Sequence record: OR805294.1
Direction: 5' to 3' (one strand)
DNA length: 64,000 bases
Both the position numbers and the translations under genes were made by a program. The notes under the pieces are model-generated. The model worked only from the letters and a program-made list of their open reading frames with translations, had not been told where the DNA came from and ran no database searches. Below are positions 18,399 to 28,521 of this stretch, piece by piece. The first letter of the stretch is position 1. Every line of letters starts with the position of its first letter.

Positions 18399-19211
18399 AT
18401 GTCTCATCGTAAGGAACTAGAAAAAGTTCTAGATCTTCTACTAAATGAAAATGCAGAACAAGCTTCGGCATTATTACATCAAATTGTTGTAGCTAAAGCT
18501 CGTGATATTTACGAACAAGAATCTGCAGATTTTGAAGAAGATTTTGTAAATGAAGAAGTAGGTGGCGACAGCCGCGAATCGTTTATCGACGACATTAAAT
18601 CTGACGAAGAAGAAATCGATGCAGATGAAATGTTTGATGATCAGTCTAGCGAATTAAATTCTGAAGATGAAGAAGAAGCTGATGTTGATCAAGATATAGA
18701 AGATAAAGTAGAAGATCTAGAAGCTCAGTTAGCTGCATTAAAAGCAGAATTTGAAACTCTAGTAAGTCAAGAAGAAGATGAACCGTATCATCCTAATTTA
18801 GAACAAGATTTAGATGATGCTGCCGCTGATGCCCTAGAAAAATTTGAAAGTTTAGAAGAAGCAACTAAGTTTAGTGATTCTGTAAACGTAGATATGAAAC
18901 AAGAAGGTAAATTAGCAGGAACAGGTAATAAAAGTAAAACTGGTTCTGTAGATAAAGAATCACCTTTTAGCAAACCTACTCAAAAGAAAAATTACGGAGT
19001 AGATCCTGTTAAATTTGCTAAATCTACTAATCAAGGCGCTGAAGCTTCAAAGAAAGCAGACGAATCGTGTGATTTGAATACAGAAGCTACTCCTGAAAAA
19101 GTTAGCGATCCTGCAATGAAACAAGAAGGTAAATTAGCAGGAACAGGTAATAAAAGTAAAACTGGTTCTGTAGATAAAGAATCACCCCTATCTAAAGCAC
19201 CTAAGAAGTAA
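18399..19211 (+). CDS. Acidic prohead core protein (gp67/gp68-like position)
   Basis: Very D/E-rich; lies between portal and protease; carries an internal 24-aa duplication. Confidence 0.7.
   Translation: MSHRKELEKVLDLLLNENAEQASALLHQIVVAKARDIYEQESADFEEDFVNEEVGGDSRESFIDDIKSDEEEIDADEMFDDQSSELNSEDEEEADVDQDIEDKVEDLEAQLAALKAEFETLVSQEEDEPYHPNLEQDLDDAAADALEKFESLEEATKFSDSVNVDMKQEGKLAGTGNKSKTGSVDKESPFSKPTQKKNYGVDPVKFAKSTNQGAEASKKADESCDLNTEATPEKVSDPAMKQEGKLAGTGNKSKTGSVDKESPLSKAPKK
18894..19186 (+). repeat. Identical 71-bp direct repeat (18894-18964 and 19116-19186)
   Basis: Both copies encode MKQEGKLAGTGNKSKTGSVDKESP. Confidence 0.95.
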
Positions 19212-19229
19212 TTTAGGATAAGTATAAGT

Positions 19230-19862
19230 ATGGCTAGACAGCTTTACGAATATATGTCCCAATCTAAGGGATCGATAATAATAGAACACGGCACTGGACC
19301 TGACGGTGCCCGTGATCTATTTATGCGCGGAATATTTATTCAAGGTGATGTAAAAAATCATAATCAGCGCATCTATCCCCTACATGAAATATCTCATGCA
19401 GTTGAATCAGTAAAAGCAAAAATACAGGAAGGGTTTTCTGTTTTAGGAGAACTCGATCATCCAGAAGAATTAACTATTAATTTAGACAGAGTGTCTCATA
19501 TAATCACAGAAATGTGGATGGAAGGCAACTGCGGCTACGGCAAATTAAAATTATTAGATACTCCTACTGGAATTATTGCTAAAAGCTTATTAACTGCCGG
19601 AGCCAAATTGGGCGTAAGTTCTCGCGGCTCAGGTAATGTAGGTTATGACGGTGTAGTGAGCGACTTTGATATTGTAACAGTTGACATTGTTGCACAACCG
19701 AGCGCGCCTAATGCATATCCTAAACCTATATATGAAAGTTTATACAACATGAAAGGCGGCGAAATCATTATGGATTTAGCCCGTAACACACCACAGGATC
19801 CTAGTGCAGATAAATATCTCAGTAGGGAAATAATAAAACTTATATCCGAATTGAAAAAATAG
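19230..19862 (+). CDS. gp21: Prohead protease
   Basis: GIFIQGDVKNHNQRIYP, GELDHP, GVSSRGSG, DIVAQPSAPNAY. Confidence 0.95.
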   Translation: MARQLYEYMSQSKGSIIIEHGTGPDGARDLFMRGIFIQGDVKNHNQRIYPLHEISHAVESVKAKIQEGFSVLGELDHPEELTINLDRVSHIITEMWMEGNCGYGKLKLLDTPTGIIAKSLLTAGAKLGVSSRGSGNVGYDGVVSDFDIVTVDIVAQPSAPNAYPKPIYESLYNMKGGEIIMDLARNTPQDPSADKYLSREIIKLISELKK

Positions 19863-19874
19863 TAGGAGATTTAA

Positions 19875-20981
19875 ATGACAGTGAAGTTCGAACATATCCT
19901 AAACGAACAAACTTCTTTAAGTGCAGAAGTAAAATCTGCTATTACAGAAGCATGGGAAGCTCGTATAGGACAAGTAAAAGAAGAACTCACTGCTGAGCTT
20001 CGTGAAGAATTTGCTCGTAAGTTTGCACACGACAAAGAACAACTTGTCGAAGCAATGGACAAATTCTTAGAAGAAAAAATCCGCAGTGAAATCGAAGAAT
20101 TTGCTCAAGACAAACGAGAACTAGCTGCCGAACGAGTTCAAGCTAAAATGCAAGTAAAAGAACATATCGAAATGCTCGATAAGTTCTTAATAGATGCAGT
20201 TTCTAAAGAAGTCAAAGAACTTCGTGAAGATCGCCGTGCAATTAAAGGCAATCTAGAGAAACTAGAAGAGTTTGCACTCACTAATCTTGCAACCGAAGTT
20301 AAAGAGCTTCGGGAAGAAAAGCAAGCATTAGTTCGTCAGAAAGTTAAATTAATTAGTGAAGCAAAAAAACAATTAGCAGAAACTAAAAAGCAGTTCATAA
20401 AGAAAGCGTCGCAAATAGTAGACACAAACATTAATAGCGTATTGCAAGAAGAAATAAAGCAATATAAAGAAGATATTGATGCTGCTCGTCGAAATGACTT
20501 TGGACGTCGTTTATTTGAAGCTTTTGCTGCAGAGTACATGACTTCGCATCTAAACGAAGGTAGTGAACTTAAGAAACTCAAAAATATTCTTATACAAAAA
20601 GAAGAAGCCCTTAATGAAGCTTTATCTCATGTAGAAGAACGTGAAGCACTTGCAGAAAATCTACGCACTCGCATTTCTGTATTAGAAGAGCGTGTTAAAC
20701 GTAGCTCTGTAATGTCTGAATTGTTAGCTCCGCTAAATAAAGAAAAGCGTAGTGTAATGCAAGATCTTTTAGAGTCTGTAAAAACAGAACATTTAAAAGT
20801 TGCATATAACAAATATTTGCCAGCAGTGCTAGATTGTAGTGCAGCACCGGCAAGTAAAAAAGAAGCTCTAACTGAGTCAGCAAGAGCTGTAAAAACTGGT
20901 AACAGGGCGTCTAGCGTTGCCCAGCAAGATGACTCATCTGTAGGCGTTGAAGAATTAAGACGCCTAGCAGGCATTAAGTAA
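19875..20981 (+). CDS. gp22: Prohead scaffolding protein
   Basis: Coiled-coil, E/K-rich; NDFGRRLFEAFAAE; lies between protease and capsid. Confidence 0.88.
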   Translation: MTVKFEHILNEQTSLSAEVKSAITEAWEARIGQVKEELTAELREEFARKFAHDKEQLVEAMDKFLEEKIRSEIEEFAQDKRELAAERVQAKMQVKEHIEMLDKFLIDAVSKEVKELREDRRAIKGNLEKLEEFALTNLATEVKELREEKQALVRQKVKLISEAKKQLAETKKQFIKKASQIVDTNINSVLQEEIKQYKEDIDAARRNDFGRRLFEAFAAEYMTSHLNEGSELKKLKNILIQKEEALNEALSHVEEREALAENLRTRISVLEERVKRSSVMSELLAPLNKEKRSVMQDLLESVKTEHLKVAYNKYLPAVLDCSAAPASKKEALTESARAVKTGNRASSVAQQDDSSVGVEELRRLAGIK

Positions 20982-21000
20982 TTAGGAGAATAACTTAAAA

Positions 21001-22188
21001 ATGTCTAATCGTCTATTTGAAAGCAACTGGGCTGCTACTAAAAGCGCCCTCACTGAAGGTCTAAAAGGTCAACGTAAGTCGACCATGGACGCAGTAATGG
21101 AAAACACTAAGCGTTTCTTAGTTGAAAATGCTTCCGCCGGTGCAACCCAAGCCGGTAACATAGCTACTATCAACAAAGTGATGCTACCCCTAATCCGTCG
21201 TGTTATGCCTTCCGTTATTGCTAACGAAATTATGGGTGTACAGCCTATGACTGGTCCCGTAGGTCAGATACATACCCTACGTGTTCGTTATGCTGATACT
21301 GCATCTGGTGTTCAAGCTGGTACTGAAGCACTAAGCCCGTTCGATATTGCAAAAGCATATTCCGGTAACGAAGCTTTAAACAACAGCACTAACCCAGTTC
21401 CAGGCGCTGCCAACACTTCTCGTATGGAAGGTTTTGCTGGTAATCGCATGAACATTCAAATTCTAAAAGAAACCGTAGAAGCACGTACTCGTCGTCTAAG
21501 CGCTCGCTGGACCTTCGAATCTGCACAGGATGCTAACGCTCTTCACGGTATAGATATAGAAGCTGAAATCATGCAAGCTTTAGCTCAAGAAATTACCGTC
21601 GAAATCGACCAAGAAATGCTAAATCGTCTACGTATTTTAGCTGGTCCGGCTCCTGTAACTTATAACCAAGCTGCTGTATCTGGTACTGCTACTTATGTTG
21701 GTGATGAACATGCTGCATTAGCTGTAATGATCAACCAACAGGCTAACTTAGTTGCTGCTCGTACTCGTCGCGGCGCTGCTAACTGGGCTGTTATTTCGCC
21801 TAACGCACTAACTGTTCTACAGTCTGCAACTACTTCGACTTTTGCTCGTACTACTGAAGGTGTATTTGAAGCGCCTACTAACGTTAAATTTGCAGGTACC
21901 TTAAACGGAACTATGCGCATTTATGTAGATACTTATGCTGCTGAAGATGAAAAAGTTTTAATCGGTTATAAGGGTTCGACTGAAACTGATGCTGCTGCAT
22001 TCTTCTGCCCGTATATTCCGTTAATGAGCACTGGTCCGGTAATTGATCCTACTACTTTCGAGCCTGTAGTATCATTTATGTCCAGATACGGTTACTTAGA
22101 ACTCACCAATACTGCTAACTCGCTGGGTAACGGTGCTGACTATCTAAGTTCGATTGCTATAGATGCATCCACTCTTAAATTCTTCTAA
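21001..22188 (+). CDS. gp23: Major capsid protein
   Basis: LIRRVMPSVIANEIMGVQPMTGPVGQIHTLR, ARTRRLSARWTFE, EIDQEML, FFCPYIPL, TFEPVVSFMSRYG. Confidence 0.97.
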   Translation: MSNRLFESNWAATKSALTEGLKGQRKSTMDAVMENTKRFLVENASAGATQAGNIATINKVMLPLIRRVMPSVIANEIMGVQPMTGPVGQIHTLRVRYADTASGVQAGTEALSPFDIAKAYSGNEALNNSTNPVPGAANTSRMEGFAGNRMNIQILKETVEARTRRLSARWTFESAQDANALHGIDIEAEIMQALAQEITVEIDQEMLNRLRILAGPAPVTYNQAAVSGTATYVGDEHAALAVMINQQANLVAARTRRGAANWAVISPNALTVLQSATTSTFARTTEGVFEAPTNVKFAGTLNGTMRIYVDTYAAEDEKVLIGYKGSTETDAAAFFCPYIPLMSTGPVIDPTTFEPVVSFMSRYGYLELTNTANSLGNGADYLSSIAIDASTLKFF

Positions 22189-22223
22189 TAATAACAAGTT
22201 ATACTTGTTATTCGAAGAATACC

Positions 22224-22256
22224 AAAAAAAGTGTAGTAGAAATACTACACTTTTTT
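22224..22256. terminator. Terminator after capsid gene
   Basis: AAAAAAAGTGTAGTA-gaaa-TACTACACTTTTTT. Confidence 0.85.
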
Positions 22257-22257
22257 A

Positions 22258-22286
22258 TTGACTAGAAAAAAATAATTTGTTAGTAT
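22258..22286 (+). promoter_or_regulatory. Sigma70-type promoter of homing endonuclease 1
   Basis: TTGACT-17 bp-TAGTAT with TG extension. Confidence 0.6.
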
Positions 22287-22306
22287 TATAAAAAACTATT
22301 TTATAT

Positions 22307-23884
22307 ATGTCAGACTTAATAATACAAATAAAAGAATTGATAAAAAGTAAACCAAAGCATTTCAGTGTTTTGATTAAAAAAGATTTAAAATTAGCAGAAT
22401 TTGTAGAGCAACACTGCACTAATCCCTATAATACTGTGTATGCTGCTAAAGTGTATACTGCTATAACCGGCGAAAAAGAAGAATGCAAATACGGAAACAC
22501 AAAAAAATTTAATTCAATAAATGACGGGTTTAGATTTTGTGGTACTGCATCCTCGTGCAAGTGTTGTAAAGAAAGTGTATCTAATAACTTAGTGCAATCA
22601 AAAAAGATAGAAAATAAAGAAATATCAAAGAAAAAGCGTGAAAAAACTAATCTAAAAAAATACGGAGTATCAAATACTGGGCAATCTGCTATTGCTCTAC
22701 AAAATCATGCAAAATTTTACGAAAATAAACAAAATGTAGACAAAGTAACGTCTAAGATAAAGCACACTAAGTCAATAAAATACGGTAACAAAAATTTTAA
22801 TGGTAATAAATGGTATTCTAAAATATCGGAAAAACTAAAAGAAAATAATTTATCTTTTACTATACAAGAACATGAATATAAAGGTATGGCAGAAACATAT
22901 TGCATAAAATGTGGAACCTGTAATACCACTTTTATGTCTAAGGTTAGATATAGTAGTATACCGACTTGTGCAATATGTATGCCAGAATTGACAGTATGTA
23001 ATTCAACACAAGAACAAGAATTATTTAATTTTATAAGACAACATTATTCTGGAGAAATAATAACTGGATCTAGAAAAATATTAGATTCTGGAAAAAGTTT
23101 AGATATATACCTTCCTGAAAAAAATCTTGCGATAGAATATAATGAGCTTTATTGGCATGTAATGGATAACGATCGTTTACCGCACATAACCAAAACGTAT
23201 CATTATGACAAATATATAGGTTGTAAAGAAAAGGGAATATCGTTAATTACTATATATGGACATTTGTATAACTCTAAAAAAACTATAATAGAAAACAGAT
23301 TACTTCATAAATTAGGCTATACACAAGAGACGGTATATGCTAGAAAATGTATTATTAAAGATGTGCCTTCTGCAGAAGAAAAAGAATTTTTGAATAAAAC
23401 GCATATACAAGGTTATGTTCCGTCATCTATAAAATACGGATTGTATTTTAATGATGTATTAGTTGCATTAATGAGTTTTATAAAATCATCTAACAGAAAC
23501 ATTTCGGGAAATAACAGATACGACTACGAATTGCTTAGATATGCAACATCTTGTTCGGTACTAGGCGGTGCATCTAAATTGTTTTCTCATTTTGTAAAGA
23601 ATAATATTCCTAATTCTATAGTTTCATATTCACAAAACGAATGGAATACAGGCAATGTTTACCGTATATTAGGGTTCAAACAAGAACCTAAAATAAACAT
23701 AGGATATTGGTATGTAAGTCCGGATTTTTGTAAAGTATATCATAGGACTAATTATACTAAAAAGAAATTAATAGAACATGGCTTTAATTCAAATAAGTCA
23801 GAACACCAGATAATGGAAGAGCGTGGATTTAGACGACTATATGATTGTGGTAATACCAAATGGGTGTGGGAAAACAAAATATAA
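22307..23884 (+). mobile_element. Free-standing Hef-like homing endonuclease 1 (Zn-ribbon + Vsr/PD-(D/E)xK-like + C-terminal domain)
   Basis: NSTQEQEL, LDIYLPEKNLAIEYNELYWH, YARKC, YELLRYA, GGASKLF, YDCGNTKWVW; inserted after gp23. Confidence 0.75.
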
Positions 23885-23935
23885 GTTTTTAAAATACAGA
23901 GTTGTGTTATACTTTAAAAATAAAAGGGGTTTTTA

Positions 23936-24400
23936 GTGTCAGACATAGTTGATATACGTTTTGAGTTTGTAGGATACGATTCAGACATAAAATACGTAAA
24001 TAATTGCGAAAATAGTGGATGTTATGATGAGGGTATATGTCGTTGTGGACATTTTGAAGATACAGATATAAATGGTATACCAGATGATCCCGAATATATT
24101 TTTCCAACTAAAATGTCTGTATGGAGACGAGTAGGATATAATGGAATATATGATGATTACAAACATAGTTACTATGAAATCACTGAATCCGATAGAAAAT
24201 ATTTTGCAAAAATAATGCATTTTATCGGTTATACACTAGATTCTTTTTATTTTGATATCGAATCGGGGTACTATGGCGAAGAAGGCGGAGATCTAGTACA
24301 CGATAAACAGGGCTTGTTAAAATCTGCCATGATTGACATTTTAAACAGACCTGACGAAGAAGACAGATTGGTGTATTTATTATCTAAAACTTGGGAATAA
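23936..24400 (+). CDS. Hypothetical Cys-motif protein
   Basis: C-x4-C-x5-CRC and GYYGEE; paralogous to the next ORF. Confidence 0.7.
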   Translation: MSDIVDIRFEFVGYDSDIKYVNNCENSGCYDEGICRCGHFEDTDINGIPDDPEYIFPTKMSVWRRVGYNGIYDDYKHSYYEITESDRKYFAKIMHFIGYTLDSFYFDIESGYYGEEGGDLVHDKQGLLKSAMIDILNRPDEEDRLVYLLSKTWE

Positions 24401-24401
24401 T

Positions 24402-25100
24402 ATGGATACATTCATTACATTTTATGGCAGATACTATGCAACTTTAGATTACGAACTGCAACACAATTGTAATAACGATTGTATAGAAAGCGGAATATGC
24501 AGATGTTCTGTAATAACATCCCCTGTAGTGGTATCTATCAATAACTATAAAGTGTATGATATGGTCGAGGTGTTAGTAAATAAACCCGATTTAAACGGAA
24601 CACCTAGATGTGTTAGATATATGTATAGTCAAATAGAGCAATATTGTGTAGAAAGAATCATAACAAAACATAAAATTTTAGACGGTTCACTATATTATGT
24701 AACTGTAGAACGTGGTTATTACGGTGATGAAATCGGTGACATAATCCATGAAAATGAACAAAATGCAATGGATGATATATTAACGATGATTTCATTAAAA
24801 ACCGATATAGAAAAACTACATTATGTTTTAATGTTAGAATACGGGTATATTGCTCCTATAATTTCTGAGTGTAAAAACTTGGCTATTAAAAAAGTATGTA
24901 TAAACGATATAGTTCCTACTATTGCATATAAAAGTATGGAACCTCAGCATACCTATCATTTAGATGTATATGATGATATGATAATGGGTGTGCTAAAGGG
25001 AAATAAATTGATTGATGGTAATCATAGATATTCATTTTATATGAATAAAATGAGAGATAAAAATAAAGATAACTTTGTATATTATATAGAATTATCTTAA
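24402..25100 (+). CDS. Cys-motif protein with C-terminal ParB-like motif
   Basis: C-x3-C-x5-CRC, GYYGDE, LIDGNHRY. Confidence 0.7.
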   Translation: MDTFITFYGRYYATLDYELQHNCNNDCIESGICRCSVITSPVVVSINNYKVYDMVEVLVNKPDLNGTPRCVRYMYSQIEQYCVERIITKHKILDGSLYYVTVERGYYGDEIGDIIHENEQNAMDDILTMISLKTDIEKLHYVLMLEYGYIAPIISECKNLAIKKVCINDIVPTIAYKSMEPQHTYHLDVYDDMIMGVLKGNKLIDGNHRYSFYMNKMRDKNKDNFVYYIELS

Positions 25101-25110
25101 CGGTGTATAT

Positions 25111-25416
25111 ATGAAAACAATAGGCGTGGATTATGATGACACTATATCACAAGATGATAACGGATGGTTATCTGTATTACTTGCACTTGAGCATATTGGA
25201 TACAGGGTTGTTATTGTTACTTACCGTAATCCTACCTGCTATCCAGAAGATCTTCAATTTTTAATAGATAAAGGATATAAGGTATACTTTACAAGTCAAC
25301 ATGCTAAAAGAACGTATATGGAAAATCTTGGCATAGATATAGATATTTGGATAGACGATAGTCCTGAATCTATATTATATAATTATGATTCATATTTAGG
25401 TAAGTATATAAAATAA
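25111..25416 (+). CDS. Small HAD-superfamily phosphatase-like protein
   Basis: IGVDYDDT (motif I), VIVTYR (motif II), WIDD (motif IV). Confidence 0.75.
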   Translation: MKTIGVDYDDTISQDDNGWLSVLLALEHIGYRVVIVTYRNPTCYPEDLQFLIDKGYKVYFTSQHAKRTYMENLGIDIDIWIDDSPESILYNYDSYLGKYIK

Positions 25417-25443
25417 AAAAAAGGAGCATAATGCTCCTTTTTT
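25417..25443. terminator. Terminator
   Basis: AAAAAAGGAGCAT-a-ATGCTCCTTTTTT. Confidence 0.8.
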
Positions 25444-25446
25444 ATT

Positions 25447-25454
25447 GATAAATA
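25447..25454 (+). promoter_or_regulatory. Putative late promoter GATAAATA (long tail fibre)
   Basis: Immediately after the terminator, 24 nt before ATG 25479. Confidence 0.65.
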
Positions 25455-25478
25455 TATGCATCTTAAGGAATAAGGTGT

Positions 25479-28400
25479 ATGTCGAGTAAAATTAAATTCA
25501 CGGATCAATATATCCTATCTAGTGTTGGGCAAACTTCTAATAATATAGTATATTTGCAAGTAAATGATGATCAACAATTAGTTGTTACTCATCCTATGTA
25601 TGCAACTGAATGGTCTACATTAGGTGGGCTTAGAGTAACAGGTGATCAGTCTAAATTTGATGGATCATTAGAAGTTGGATATGAATTGCTAGTAGGACAA
25701 ACATCTACCTTTAACAACGACATGGTAGTAAACGGTTTAGTTACAGTAAACAGAGATTCTCTAGATGCAATGCTCATTCACGGGAATGTTACATTACATG
25801 GCAACTTAACTGTAGTAGGTAGCAGCTCAGGGACTACACCCGGGCAAGTAACTATTTCCGACAACATTATGGTCGTGAATACAGATGACGTAGGTCCGGG
25901 CGTCACTGCAACATATTCTGGTTTTGAAGTCCAGCGTGGAATTCCCGTAGGCGAAACTAATAGTCACGGTGAACCTGGCCAAGGTAAATTGCCTTCTGCT
26001 GGATTAGTTTGGAATGAAGTGCAAAAATCCTGGGATCTTAATTATAACCCTATTCTTTCTGAAAAATTACCACAAAATCCTAGAATAATTAACTTAGGGC
26101 AGCCAGTTGCTGACAACGATGCTTCTACAAAAAAATATGTGAATGATAGCATAACTGCTGCACTTGACGATGATATTTATTTAGATAGACTTACTGATGT
26201 AACAATTTCTTCTCCGGCTAATAAAAATATACTACAGTACGATTCTTCTACATCGCAGTGGAGAAATTTACCATATTCGTTTATACGATTAACGGATGTA
26301 ACTGGTGTATCTGTCCCGAGAGGATATGTAAGATGGAATGCAGCAGGAACACAGTTAGTATATGAAACCACTATAGATTATGCACAGTTAACTGGATTGT
26401 CTGATGTAGCTAAAGCAGGACAAGGGGCTCTAAGTTTTCTTAGTGATGTAACGTTATCATCGTTATCTAATACACAGGCATTATTTTATAATGGAACCTC
26501 TTGGGTTAATAGACTAATTAATTACTCCGACATTCAAAATACTCCTACTAACAATTCGTATAGTTTTATTGGATTAAATGATACAAATAATACAGTTGTT
26601 AATAACGGATATGTAAGATGGAATGCAGCAGGAACACAGTTAGTATATGAAACCACTATAGATTATGCACAGTTAACTGGATTGTCTGATGTAGCTAAAG
26701 CAGGACAAGGATCGTTAGATTATTTAACAGATGTTAGTATAGGAACTGCTAGCTCCGGTAATGTACTAAGATATAACGGAACTGATTGGGTAAACCAAGT
26801 ATTATCATATACTGATCTTTCTAATACCCCTACTAACAATTCGTATAGTTTTATTGGGTTAAATGATACTAATGATACTGCACTTTCGGGTGGTTATTTA
26901 CGATGGAATCCCACCGGAACACAGATAGTATATCAATCCACTATAGATTATGCACAGTTAACTGGGTTATCTTCTGTTGCTAAAGCAGGACAAGGGGCTC
27001 TAAGTTTTCTTAGTGATGTAACTATATCGTCACCTGGCGCTAGTAATACATTGCGATACGATACTACTTCATCTAAATGGGTAAACACTAGACTTGCTTA
27101 TTCCGATTTAACAGGTCAACCAACCTCTGCTAATTATCAACTAGTTGGGTTAAGCGATACTGCAAGCACATCTGTACCATTGGGATATCTTAGATGGAAC
27201 GCCGCTGGAACTCAAGTAACATATGCTACTACGATAGATATATCAGTTATATCTGGTAAATCTACTGTAGCTTCTGCTGGTTCAGCAACACTATCTAATC
27301 TAGAAGATGCTGCTGTTACAACGCCTGCTGCTGGGAATACTTTAATATGGAATGCGTCTACAAATAAATGGACAAACGGCATATTGGATGTATCTAATAT
27401 TACTAATGCTGTACCTGTTAGTAGAACAGTATCTGCAGGAACTGGTCTATCTGGCGGAGGAAATTTATCTAGTAATATTACGTTGTCGGTTAATAGAACA
27501 TTAACTGATACATGGTATGCTGCTGCATCACATACACATGATGCATCTAATATTACGTCTGGTGTTATTGCGAATGCTAGACTGCCAGTTGGAAGCACAA
27601 CAGCACAAGGTATTTTACAGTTAACAGATGGTGTTGCTAGCACATCTACAACTACTGCCGCTACACCTAATTCGGTAAAAACTGCATATGACTTAGCAAC
27701 GACAAAAGCTAATATATCACATACTCATGATGCATCTAATATTACTACTGGTACTATTGCTGTAGCCAGACTTCCGGTTTCGTCTACTACTGCACAAGGT
27801 ATAGTTCAGCTTACTGACGGTGTTGCCAGCACATCTACAACTACTGCTGCTACGCCTAATTCAGTGAAAACTGCATATGATTTGGCAACGACAAAAGCTA
27901 ATGCTTCTCACACCCATGATGCATCTAATATTACGTCTGGTGTTATTGCGAATGCTAGATTACCGTTTGCCTCGACTACTGTATATGGTATAGTAACTCT
28001 GTTAGATTCAGTTGCCAGTACATCTATATCTACTGCCGCTACACCTAATTCGGTAAAAACTGCATATGACTTAGCAACGACAAAAGCTAATATATCACAT
28101 ACACATACTCCTGCTCAAGTAGGTTTATCGAATATTTCTAATAACGGAAATACTATAACGGGAAATACAACTATATCTGGTGCATTGTCGGTAACAGGAA
28201 ATGCTGTTTTTAATACATCTGATATAAAATTAAAAGATAATATACAGCCTATTAAAAATCCAGTAGAACTTCTTAGCAAAATTTCAGGATATACCTATAC
28301 TAGAAATGATTGTAATAACGAAAAACAAACCGGTATTATTGCGCAGGAAGTTGAAACGATACAACCTGAAAGTGTAAGAGAAGTAGACGGTATAAAAACT

Positions 28401-28505
28401 GTAAACCATAATGGAATAATTGCACTGTTAGTTAGTGCAGTTAATGAACTTTCTAAAGAAATAGAAGAATTAAAACAACAACTTTCTTACAAAAAAAGGG
28501 ACTAA
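25479..28505 (+). CDS. Long tail fibre with repeat modules and C-terminal intramolecular chaperone (peptidase S74)
   Basis: Three G(I/L)VQLTDGVASTSTTTAATPNSVKTAYDLA fibre repeats; repeated YVRWNAAGTQ modules; TSDIKLKDNIQPI...GIIAQEVE...VNHNGIIALLVSAVNEL. Confidence 0.88.
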   Translation: MSSKIKFTDQYILSSVGQTSNNIVYLQVNDDQQLVVTHPMYATEWSTLGGLRVTGDQSKFDGSLEVGYELLVGQTSTFNNDMVVNGLVTVNRDSLDAMLIHGNVTLHGNLTVVGSSSGTTPGQVTISDNIMVVNTDDVGPGVTATYSGFEVQRGIPVGETNSHGEPGQGKLPSAGLVWNEVQKSWDLNYNPILSEKLPQNPRIINLGQPVADNDASTKKYVNDSITAALDDDIYLDRLTDVTISSPANKNILQYDSSTSQWRNLPYSFIRLTDVTGVSVPRGYVRWNAAGTQLVYETTIDYAQLTGLSDVAKAGQGALSFLSDVTLSSLSNTQALFYNGTSWVNRLINYSDIQNTPTNNSYSFIGLNDTNNTVVNNGYVRWNAAGTQLVYETTIDYAQLTGLSDVAKAGQGSLDYLTDVSIGTASSGNVLRYNGTDWVNQVLSYTDLSNTPTNNSYSFIGLNDTNDTALSGGYLRWNPTGTQIVYQSTIDYAQLTGLSSVAKAGQGALSFLSDVTISSPGASNTLRYDTTSSKWVNTRLAYSDLTGQPTSANYQLVGLSDTASTSVPLGYLRWNAAGTQVTYATTIDISVISGKSTVASAGSATLSNLEDAAVTTPAAGNTLIWNASTNKWTNGILDVSNITNAVPVSRTVSAGTGLSGGGNLSSNITLSVNRTLTDTWYAAASHTHDASNITSGVIANARLPVGSTTAQGILQLTDGVASTSTTTAATPNSVKTAYDLATTKANISHTHDASNITTGTIAVARLPVSSTTAQGIVQLTDGVASTSTTTAATPNSVKTAYDLATTKANASHTHDASNITSGVIANARLPFASTTVYGIVTLLDSVASTSISTAATPNSVKTAYDLATTKANISHTHTPAQVGLSNISNNGNTITGNTTISGALSVTGNAVFNTSDIKLKDNIQPIKNPVELLSKISGYTYTRNDCNNEKQTGIIAQEVETIQPESVREVDGIKTVNHNGIIALLVSAVNELSKEIEELKQQLSYKKRD
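26322..26710 (+). repeat. Identical 104-bp direct repeat in tail fibre (26322-26425 and 26607-26710)
   Basis: Encodes GYVRWNAAGTQLVYETTIDYAQLTGLSDVAKAGQG. Confidence 0.92.
27652..28102 (+). repeat. Identical 73-bp direct repeat in tail fibre (27652-27724 and 28030-28102)
   Basis: Encodes TAATPNSVKTAYDLATTKANISH; a diverged third copy lies between them. Confidence 0.9.
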
Positions 28506-28521
28506 CCTAAGTCCCTTTTTT
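28492..28521. terminator. Bidirectional terminator
   Basis: AAAAAAGGGACT-aaccta-AGTCCCTTTTTT between convergent genes. Confidence 0.8.

Noticed and set aside
22189-22215. Extra hairpin AATAACAAG-ttata-CTTGTTATT after the capsid stop
   Set aside because: A weak AT-rich stem next to the real terminator; at most an mRNA-stability element.
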